DNA of 24,199 bases from a virus (taxonomy: Duplodnaviria; Caudoviricetes), in the IMG/VR virus record IMGVR_UViG_3300044676_004015, positions 1 to 24,199 of that record, one strand, 5' to 3'. Below the pieces are notes generated by a model. It made no database searches. It had not been told where the DNA came from and saw only the letters and a program-made list of their open reading frames with translations. The position numbers and the translations under genes were made by a program. This document shows positions 9,175 to 16,532 of this stretch, piece by piece (the first letter of the stretch is position 1; each line of letters opens with the position of its first letter).

Positions 9175-9225
9175 CTTAAACCTCTTTGTTCGCTTTTTGT
9201 TCTATTTCTTTACCGTCCCATTCCA

Positions 9226-9651
9226 TCAACACTCACTATGTTTCGGGTATGCGGTCATCCAATATATTTTTTTTAGTTTACAATCTTTTGCTATTTCTTT
9301 CGCCTTCTTTGATAATAAAGTTACAGCTTTTCCTTTACACCAGTATTTTTTATCCATAGAAAATGTTTGCACTACTAAAGACTTGCTTAAAGAGTCTACC
9401 TCACACCAAAACATGCCTATAACTTTATTTCCTTCATCAGCAATAACATAAAGCATAGATAGTGGATTAAGAACAGGGCCGTTCTCTGTTTGCCTCATAC
9501 AAATAAGTTCTTGGTATTTGTACCAATCATCCACTTCATAAGTTCTTTCACGTACCTGTTCAATAAGATCTTTTGGTATATGCATTGGCGTAAAGACTCT
9601 AATAAACTTAAGCTTATCAAAATCAACTTCTTTCGATTGACTGTCCGACAT
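9226..9651 (-). CDS. GNAT-fold virion assembly protein (P22 gp14/T7 gp13 position); C-terminus possibly frameshifted
   Basis: VIGMFWC...VQTFSMDKKYWCKGKAVTLL resembles GNAT motif A. ORF stops abruptly at HSEC, and a 19-codon -1-frame tail fills the gap to the next gene. Confidence 0.6.
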   Translation of the reverse strand: MSDSQSKEVDFDKLKFIRVFTPMHIPKDLIEQVRERTYEVDDWYKYQELICMRQTENGPVLNPLSMLYVIADEGNKVIGMFWCEVDSLSKSLVVQTFSMDKKYWCKGKAVTLLSKKAKEIAKDCKLKKIYWMTAYPKHSEC

Positions 9652-10177
9652 ATCTCACGTGTCCTTTTAATGTTCCAGCTGTTGCAACCGCTATATTAGC
9701 GACACTTCCACCCGATTGACTTTGTTGTATTCTCATTGTTCTTGCGCTATCATCTACGATTCCATAAGTCACGCCTGTAAAAGATAAAGATTCGGTATAA
9801 ACAGTTCCTGTAAATAAATTGCCATCTGTTTGAGCAGCTATGTATGGTAAATCTATTTGAAGAGTTCCTGTTCCTGTGTGACCTGTCCAAACTATATTAA
9901 ACCAAAAATCTACTAGGATACCCTTTCTTAACACCCACGCATTTTGTGTTGTATATGTACCAGCCCCTTGAGTGGAAGCTCCTCGTACTGTAGGAATAAA
10001 CTGACGACTGCCCGTTTCAGAACTTGTTCTATAGTCTCCGTTAACTGCGTTTGCCGTATCTTCATACTGCCTCTGTAAAGTGAACACTAAATCTTGTATG
10101 TATCCATCTAAACCTTCACCACCTTCTTTTATTTTATCGCTATGAACCGGAAGGACTGTTGTATTGGGAAGCGTCAT
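9623..10177 (-). CDS. Putative tail needle/minor tail protein (184 aa)
   Basis: N-terminal heptad helix (LDGYIQDLVFTLQRQYEDTANAVN) plus a beta-rich C-terminal domain; follows the nozzle with ATGA overlap, at the position of P22 gp26. Confidence 0.5.
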   Translation of the reverse strand: MTLPNTTVLPVHSDKIKEGGEGLDGYIQDLVFTLQRQYEDTANAVNGDYRTSSETGSRQFIPTVRGASTQGAGTYTTQNAWVLRKGILVDFWFNIVWTGHTGTGTLQIDLPYIAAQTDGNLFTGTVYTESLSFTGVTYGIVDDSARTMRIQQSQSGGSVANIAVATAGTLKGHVRYVGQSIERS

Positions 10178-12549
10178 ACAACCCTCCCACGCTCTTTAAA
10201 CCAAGGCATAAATGCGTGTATTTTAAGTGGCTTATTTTTTCCTTTGGATGTTATCTTTATTTTGTGTTGATAACCCGTCCCACCAGCATAAACCCTTTTC
10301 CACGCCTTTGATGATGCATAAGGTAATTCTGTTATTACGCCACCACTTTTATATATTCCGTAATCAGTTGAATCAACACCTATAGTAAAGTTGTTTACGT
10401 CTACTACTGTTACCGTAAAAGAAGCGCCATTTATAGCTTCCATTCCATCAACACCGTAAATATAAACTTCATCATCATCTAATAAACCATGATTGTTAGA
10501 GGTAACACATGCAGGGCTAGCTTGTGTTATATTTGAAACTTCACTTCTTTCAGTTAGATAAGGCAATAGGTTTATTGTCTTATCTACGTAAGGACTTTGA
10601 GAGTTATTTGCGTAAAAAGATACTGTAATATCTGTTTTCTCATGCGTATCAACAAATAAATCAATATATCCCAACTGTGCTTGTTTTCCCTGTTGCATCC
10701 ATGGGTTCCAAGCGGCTGAGTTTAATTCAAACGAAATGCTATTGGATGAAGTTAAAGCTGCCGTTCCACCTGAAGTGTAGGTTGTATATGTTGAAGAATC
10801 AACCCCGCTAAGCTCGAACTCATTACCCGATTTATTAGCTATTGTAAACTCTCTATTATTAATCTCTGTCATTCCACCCACATCAGATATAGTAATAATA
10901 TCACCGTCCACAAAGCCAATATCTCCCCCTATTGTTACTACTGCAGGCGAAGCCTTTGTCACACCGTATATATCAAATGAAAGTATTTTTTCATCGTCAT
11001 CACCGCCCTCTTCGAGTACATGAATTTCCCCAGATACATTTCCACCAAGAAAAATCTCAGAACTAGCATCCAAGTAAAAATCTCTAATAGTATCATCGCT
11101 AAAAGAATTGAGGGTTTTATCACCAAAATCTGCAATTGTAGAATCCGATGCTGCACCACCATAACCAAGAACGTTCATTGCGATATTATATTTAGAAAAC
11201 GCTTGTGAATCGTCATCATAAATTAAAGCGGCATCTATTTCCTCAGAGTCTAATTTTGGGTAAAGCATCCATAAACGTTCATTAGAATAACTTCTTTTTG
11301 CAAATACTTTTGCAAAATACTCGCTGTTTATCTCTTCATTAACAAAATCTTGTATTCTATGATCCACTCGTTTTGCATCGATCCCGTCTGTGGCTGTTAT
11401 TCCCCGCCTTCCGGCCGCTAAAACGTATCTGTCGAATTGAGCTGTGGTCATTTTCCCATCACAAGCTCTGAAATCGTTTAACTTATCCCATCTAAAAGGA
11501 AGGCCTGGATCGCTAGTGGGTCGTAAAGTCCATATGCTGTTTGTAAAATATACTATTAATGAATCTTGAAGGAACTGAGCACTTATTATGTGATCGCCTG
11601 TTGGCGCGTCTACAAAACCACCTTTACCTGCGGTATCATCATCCCATGCACCGGAAACTGAAGGGCCTTGAGCTTGGCACCAACGCGCCCTTTGTGGATA
11701 TGTATTCGAAGCCTCAATCGTATGTAGGCAAACTAAGCGTTGTTTGAAAGCGAATATTAATTTACACCCATTTAAATAGTTTCCACTACCGCTATTTATT
11801 TCAGGGCGAAAGGCTGCTGTTGCTGTACCACCGTCATAATAACGTATTCCATTTAATGCTGGTGGGCCTGCTGCGTATGCACGGCCATTAGTAAAATATA
11901 ATCTGTATTGTGTTGATGCTGCAGTTGATGCAGTTGAAGACCAATTAGCACTATGAATATAATCGTTGTTATCACTGCTAGCGTCCATAATATCAGTAGA
12001 GTCGATAGGATCAAAGTTTTCATTCGTTCCATTATATTTACACGCTCTTAGTTGATCAAATGCAATTAACTCTTTTACGTTTCCACTGTCAATGTAATTA
12101 TACAGTCCCATCACTCTAGTACCAGGAATGATATAAACATCACCAAGACTTGACCAAGCTGTAAAGGAGCTTGAATCTACATTTTCTAGTTCAAAGGTTC
12201 CACCAGCTCCACCTGTAACGTTTGCGACTGTATAACGATGACCATTTAATTGAGTAGTACCAACTATATTTCTTATTTCTACTACATCGCCGTTAGTTAA
12301 ACCTGTAACATCAGCAAGCGTAATTACACAGGGATCAGCTAAAGTTACACCAGTAATAACCCAATTTGATTGGTCTTGATAAACAGTGTCGCCAAGCTTT
12401 ACAAAACCCTCCCTTTTTTCAACAGCGCCATGCCTTATATGCCCATTTACAATATCCGTAAATGCATCTTGTGGTAATAACCAAGGACTTAGATCAGTAT
12501 CTAATCCAGTGGCAAAGGGAGCAATTAAAAAGGCCGTGTATCCTGTCAT
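10174..12549 (-). CDS. Tail nozzle/DNA stabilization protein (P22 gp10/tail tubular B-like, about 791 aa) with three FCCH-like inserted repeats
   Basis: Beta-propeller-like composition, FKQRLV...RARWC motif, and position after the adaptor. Start is ATG 12549 (GGGGA RBS, ATGA overlap with the HNH stop), not 12594. Confidence 0.75.
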   Translation of the reverse strand: MTGYTAFLIAPFATGLDTDLSPWLLPQDAFTDIVNGHIRHGAVEKREGFVKLGDTVYQDQSNWVITGVTLADPCVITLADVTGLTNGDVVEIRNIVGTTQLNGHRYTVANVTGGAGGTFELENVDSSSFTAWSSLGDVYIIPGTRVMGLYNYIDSGNVKELIAFDQLRACKYNGTNENFDPIDSTDIMDASSDNNDYIHSANWSSTASTAASTQYRLYFTNGRAYAAGPPALNGIRYYDGGTATAAFRPEINSGSGNYLNGCKLIFAFKQRLVCLHTIEASNTYPQRARWCQAQGPSVSGAWDDDTAGKGGFVDAPTGDHIISAQFLQDSLIVYFTNSIWTLRPTSDPGLPFRWDKLNDFRACDGKMTTAQFDRYVLAAGRRGITATDGIDAKRVDHRIQDFVNEEINSEYFAKVFAKRSYSNERLWMLYPKLDSEEIDAALIYDDDSQAFSKYNIAMNVLGYGGAASDSTIADFGDKTLNSFSDDTIRDFYLDASSEIFLGGNVSGEIHVLEEGGDDDEKILSFDIYGVTKASPAVVTIGGDIGFVDGDIITISDVGGMTEINNREFTIANKSGNEFELSGVDSSTYTTYTSGGTAALTSSNSISFELNSAAWNPWMQQGKQAQLGYIDLFVDTHEKTDITVSFYANNSQSPYVDKTINLLPYLTERSEVSNITQASPACVTSNNHGLLDDDEVYIYGVDGMEAINGASFTVTVVDVNNFTIGVDSTDYGIYKSGGVITELPYASSKAWKRVYAGGTGYQHKIKITSKGKNKPLKIHAFMPWFKERGRVV

Positions 12550-13334
12550 AATATCCCCAAATGTGTACATATTTTTTTCAAGTGAACTTTCCACTCAAAT
12601 AGTGAAAGAGAGTGCTTACCGACATTACATTTTCGACAACATGGAACCACATTGTCCTTCGTGTATCCTTTTGATGACTCTACTCTATCGATTCCGCTAT
12701 ATAAGAAAATTCTTTCTTCATTGAGAATTTTTGAATATTTAACATTAAATTGCTGACTCGGAAAATCGCCACAGTATGCACAATTGCTCTCCGTCAATTT
12801 TGCAAACAATTCCTTCGTTAGACAAAAGTCTATTTTCCTTCGCTTTGCTTGATTTTTTGAATGTGTGAATAAACTTTGAAGTGCCGTTGTTTTTGCATCC
12901 TTAATTTGCCAACACCCACATGTTTTTGACGCTCCACTTACAACACTGCCACCTAAAAGCTCTTTTTCATTTCCACAATCGCAACGACAAAGATATTTAT
13001 TTCCATTCCAATCTTTTGGATTTTCTTTCTCTATTCTCTTCAACACCGTCCAGCTATTAAACTTTAGCCCGGTTAGATCCCGCTCTCTTAGGCATCCACA
13101 ACTTTTAGTTCCACCAGACAATAAATGATTTGCTCTCACACTTTTATTTACTCCACAAGCACATTTACAAACCCAAAAAGCATTACCTCCTTTTTTTTCT
13201 TTATCTCTAAATAACACTTTCAAATTTCCAAAAACCTTTCCAGATAACTCTATCAATCTACTCATAAACATACCGCCTTTATAGCAGTATAACATATATT
13301 GATCAAAAGGAGCTATTAAAAAAGGCTGGTACAT
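12546..13334 (-). CDS. Free-standing HNH-type (His-Me finger) homing endonuclease with two N-terminal Cys-rich repeats
   Basis: Repeats GKVFGNLKVL..WVCKCACG..TKSCGC and GLKFNSWTVL..YLCRCDCG..SKTCGC; C-terminal CAYCG..GIDRVESSKGYTKDNVVPCCRKCNVGK. Start is ATG 13334 (TAATG-coupled) or internal ATG 13271/13265. Confidence 0.85.
   Translation of the reverse strand: MYQPFLIAPFDQYMLYCYKGGMFMSRLIELSGKVFGNLKVLFRDKEKKGGNAFWVCKCACGVNKSVRANHLLSGGTKSCGCLRERDLTGLKFNSWTVLKRIEKENPKDWNGNKYLCRCDCGNEKELLGGSVVSGASKTCGCWQIKDAKTTALQSLFTHSKNQAKRRKIDFCLTKELFAKLTESNCAYCGDFPSQQFNVKYSKILNEERIFLYSGIDRVESSKGYTKDNVVPCCRKCNVGKHSLSLFEWKVHLKKICTHLGIL
13278..13306 (-). promoter_or_regulatory. Putative sigma70 promoter for the HNH gene
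   Basis: TTGATC (13306-13301), 17-nt spacer, TATAAA (13283-13278) with TGn extension; ATG 13271 lies 6 nt downstream. Confidence 0.45.
13305..13334 (-). repeat. Imperfect direct repeat of the nozzle 5' end (MYQPFLIAPF); partner copy at 12514-12549 (MTGYTAFLIAPF)
   Basis: TACCAGCCTTTTTTAATAGCTCCTTTTG vs TACACGGCCTTTTTAATTGCTCCCTTTG: 22/28 nt identical, flanking the HNH gene. Confidence 0.85.
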
Positions 13335-13900
13335 TACATTGGCCCCACTGCAAACCATCCAAAGGCAACGCCACCGCTAGGCACCTGGCCATTCCACGAT
13401 CTAGCGTTAAATCCGGATGCTGTTATATCCGATGCCCCCCATTGTCTAGGGCTTGATCCCGTTATTGGGCTGTTGTAGGGCGTTGTCGTTAAACTCCATG
13501 CTGTACTACTAAACGTTTTAGGAAAAGTAACAGCTTTTGTTTGCGTTCCAGCGCTCATAGTACCGCGTCCCCACTGCATTAATAAACCTGGTGATAAATA
13601 TACGTATCCACTTTGAGCAAGCGATCTATCCGTAAAGCTTAACTGACTAATCACTGAATCTTGATCAATCCCAAATAATTCGGGATTTCCCGAACCATCA
13701 TCTTTACAATATGTTATGTAAGCTTCCGATATTGCAGTGGGATCATTAGATACACCTAAAGGCGTTCGATTAGCATAGTTTGTTGCTTGAGGCTTAAATG
13801 TACTATCAGCCTCTTCAATTGCTGTCCAATTAGGTCTTATTACAGAGCCTAAAGTTCTTAATTTATTTGTATCAGTTGGTTTAGTAGTATCCCAAGCCAT
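13334..13900 (-). CDS. Small tail protein with C-terminal gp53-like/fibre-tip domain (188 aa)
   Basis: GLLMQWG...VTFPKTF...WFAVG pattern typical of phage fibre C-termini; GAGG RBS. Confidence 0.65.
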   Translation of the reverse strand: MAWDTTKPTDTNKLRTLGSVIRPNWTAIEEADSTFKPQATNYANRTPLGVSNDPTAISEAYITYCKDDGSGNPELFGIDQDSVISQLSFTDRSLAQSGYVYLSPGLLMQWGRGTMSAGTQTKAVTFPKTFSSTAWSLTTTPYNSPITGSSPRQWGASDITASGFNARSWNGQVPSGGVAFGWFAVGPM

Positions 13901-13912
13901 TATAAGCCCTCA

Positions 13913-14815
13913 TTAAAACATTGGTAGAGCACGGCTTGATTCAAGATCAACATGCGTGCGTGTTAGGATATAATTTATTTGTTCTTTATAAAGCATTGTA
14001 AGCTCGCCGTACCGCTCCATTTCACCAAAGTCACTAGCTATTCGCCTAGCAGCTCCAAATGCAATAGCAGGCCCCCATTCTTCTTGTAGAGGCTTATCAT
14101 CACCTAGTGTGAATGAAGTCTTATTCGCTCCCGTACTTGGCTTTACATAAAGCAAAGACCAGGCTTTAATACGGAAGCGATAAGCCTTATCGGGTATCGG
14201 GAAAAACTTAAACTGATTATCAAACATTAATACAGAGGTAGGAAAACCAGCTTTGTATTGAATAAAGCTAGCCTGTATTGTTTGCCCATCAGTCGGCGCT
14301 GTATTAAAAGTTACCGATATTGCCGAAGTTAAATATGTTACCGTACCTGTTCCACCAGCATCACCCGTTAAAATACCCTCACCGTCATCTGTAAAAACCT
14401 CAACGGTATCGTCTACAATCACGGAACCAGGGATAATAGGTGCATTGCTAGAATACGTATTACTGAATGTTGTTGTACTTCCGTCTCCTGTCCACGTTGA
14501 AAAACGCTGTATATTCTCTGGGTTATCCCTAAAAAAAGCATCAGGATCTTGATAAAATGCAATGTTCCTTCGGTCTATTGTAGCCTCCGGAACAAAGTTT
14601 GTATAATCCCCAGGAAAGGAATAGTTTTGTGCGTTTGCTGTCGTGTTGAACTCATGAAGTGTATAATTTCTATTGAGCTTAACCTCAGCAGGAAATTCAA
14701 ATTGAAAATACTTGTTAATGTATTCATCTATTTGTGTATTGCTCAATTCCGAAACAGAAAGCCTGCCGCTTAATTGTCTCGTTTTTTGACGTATCTCTGC
14801 TAAGCTCCAGCTCAT
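13913..14815 (-). CDS. Head-tail adaptor/tail tubular protein A-like (300 aa) with a beta-rich insert
   Basis: Helical N-terminus (LAEIRQKTRQL..IDEYIN), FFPIPDKAY, and C-terminal helices (IAFGAARRI); position after the capsid genes. Confidence 0.65.
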   Translation of the reverse strand: MSWSLAEIRQKTRQLSGRLSVSELSNTQIDEYINKYFQFEFPAEVKLNRNYTLHEFNTTANAQNYSFPGDYTNFVPEATIDRRNIAFYQDPDAFFRDNPENIQRFSTWTGDGSTTTFSNTYSSNAPIIPGSVIVDDTVEVFTDDGEGILTGDAGGTGTVTYLTSAISVTFNTAPTDGQTIQASFIQYKAGFPTSVLMFDNQFKFFPIPDKAYRFRIKAWSLLYVKPSTGANKTSFTLGDDKPLQEEWGPAIAFGAARRIASDFGEMERYGELTMLYKEQINYILTRTHVDLESSRALPMF

Positions 14816-14826
14816 AAAAACCTCTA

Positions 14827-15147
14827 TTATTCAAATACTTGTCGACACTGAAAACGTGATTTATAACCCTTCAAGCTTTTCTCCATTTGACCACTTCCGT
14901 TCGGCATATAATTCCAAATAGGAGTTTGTCGTGATTCTATATGTTGAACTACTGCACGGGATTTTTTATACCTGCCACCATGTAATAAAGTATGCTTTTC
15001 GACGTTTTGAGTTGGGCCGAATGAAAATTTTAAAGGTACACCTGGCTCTTCGAGATTAAAAAATTCAAAATGAATCTCTTCTTTTAGCCATTCCTTTTCT
15101 CTTTCCTTTGCGCTTTTAACCACGCTTGGCGCTTCTAACTTTGTCAT
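14827..15147 (-). CDS. Hypothetical phage protein (106 aa)
   Basis: Clean ORF with AGGAG RBS in the head-completion region. Confidence 0.7.
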   Translation of the reverse strand: MTKLEAPSVVKSAKEREKEWLKEEIHFEFFNLEEPGVPLKFSFGPTQNVEKHTLLHGGRYKKSRAVVQHIESRQTPIWNYMPNGSGQMEKSLKGYKSRFQCRQVFE

Positions 15148-15166
15148 TTCTTTCTCCTATATGTTT

Positions 15167-15209
15167 AAAAAGGGGAAGCCAAAAGAATGGTAACTTTTAA
15201 CTCCCCCCC
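15167..15209 (-). terminator. Rho-independent terminator after the capsid/decoration genes
   Basis: GGGGGAGUUAAAAG-uuaccauu-CUUUUGGCUUCCCC followed by UUUUU; the stem pairs fully only on the minus strand (G-U pairs). Confidence 0.75.
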
Positions 15210-15215
15210 AAATTA

Positions 15216-15809
15216 TTAGGTCACAGATTCATCTCCGCGACATACCATAACCATAACAGCACTGTTAGCTCCAACAGGGCCTGTTCCAACTGTAATACCA
15301 CGTCTAGCAAGGTTTTCAATTGGAATAGCAGCTCCGGAAGAATCGCTAACACGAGTTACCTTTCCACCGGAAACCCAAACAGCACCCGAAGTGGTATTTG
15401 TACCAGTTGTAATCGTTGTAGCTGTAATAGATGCAATTGTGTACTGAGCATTCAACGTTGCTCCAGAACCACTTTCAGCAATGCCATCAACACTTATAGT
15501 GTCACCAGCGGCAAAACCATAAAGTGCGGTGTCATCCACTGTTATCACACCAGGATTAGCATTAGTGAAGGCACTAATAGTTGCTCCATAATTCGAACTT
15601 TCACTTAGTGGTGTAAAACCGTTGGTTGTAGTGATAGTTCCAGCATCAACGTCTAAATAAGACGCATCGTCCATTTGATTGTTCCAGTACCAGCTTCCAC
15701 CATTAGTGGTATCTACTGTTGTTGCTTCAGCAACTGTGAAACCAACATCTTGATCTCTTGCAACTGCTGAAGCTGCATTGGTCCATTTTATTGTCTTGAC
15801 CTGAGCCAT
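15216..15809 (-). CDS. Probable capsid decoration/minor capsid protein with one FCCH-like insert (197 aa)
   Basis: Directly after the major capsid gene and before the terminator; T/S/G-rich; ISAFTNANPGVITV..GFAAGDTISV..VSGG matches the nozzle repeats. Confidence 0.6.
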   Translation of the reverse strand: MAQVKTIKWTNAASAVARDQDVGFTVAEATTVDTTNGGSWYWNNQMDDASYLDVDAGTITTTNGFTPLSESSNYGATISAFTNANPGVITVDDTALYGFAAGDTISVDGIAESGSGATLNAQYTIASITATTITTGTNTTSGAVWVSGGKVTRVSDSSGAAIPIENLARRGITVGTGPVGANSAVMVMVCRGDESVT

Positions 15810-15851
15810 ATCATATCCTTTAGTTGGAAATTTTTATTTTTTTTCTGTGTT

Positions 15852-16532
15852 TCATGAATGTGAGGCTTGAAGATTTAGCATAAATGCATCATTGAGGATG
15901 CGACTTACGAATGGGTGTTGAAACCCAACTGTTCCACGTTGATGCAATGGATCGGCGCTTCCTGCGGAACCTAAAGGCTCAACATAGAACTCTCCACTTT
16001 CACCACCTAAATGCACAACCGCATAAGCTTCTTTACCAACAATAAAGTTGTCATATACGGGAGTTGCAGCAGCAGAAACGCTTCCTACACTGCTATAAAG
16101 CCATCGTACGTTTCCGGTTGTTCCCCACTCCGAATCTAAAACAGACTGTTGATTTGGGTACTGTGAGCTGTGAACGAAGTTAGAAACAGCCTCTAAATCG
16201 TCTAAAAGTGCAGTGTCCATAAAACCCCAAAATGCTGGTCTAACAGGAACAGTACCAAATGCATCACGCCCTGGAACTATCTCTGAGATCATTTCAGCAT
16301 CGTTTCCAAGCAATTGGAAAACGGCTGCATCAATATCTGCTTTAGTTAGCTCTGTAGGTGTTGATCCGTTAGAACCATTGCTACAAGCTAGTGTGGAGGC
16401 TGTTGACGCTAAAACATCGCGTGTAATCTCATCAATTGTCTGTCCAAGGTTTTGAGATAAAAGTCTCGCTGACTCATTGAGCACGCGGTCTTCTACTGTT
16501 AGTTCAACCTGGTTTGTTATCGTTACAAAGTT
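15852..16532 (-). CDS. Major capsid protein, N4-gp56 family, exon 2 (226 aa)
   Basis: The frame extends 16 codons upstream of the track start (NFVTITNQVELTVEDR). Motifs EWGTTGNVRW and GSADPLHQRGTVG are typical of the family. Confidence 0.9.
   Translation of the reverse strand, partial: NFVTITNQVELTVEDRVLNESARLLSQNLGQTIDEITRDVLASTASTLACSNGSNGSTPTELTKADIDAAVFQLLGNDAEMISEIVPGRDAFGTVPVRPAFWGFMDTALLDDLEAVSNFVHSSQYPNQQSVLDSEWGTTGNVRWLYSSVGSVSAAATPVYDNFIVGKEAYAVVHLGGESGEFYVEPLGSAGSADPLHQRGTVGFQHPFVSRILNDAFMLNLQASHS

Noticed and set aside
12514-13305. HNH insert as a group I intron or ribosomal bypass joining the two FLIAPF copies
   Set aside because: No P7/S core motifs and no non-coding space for a ribozyme; the downstream copy has its own RBS and ATG; about 790 nt is far longer than known bypasses.
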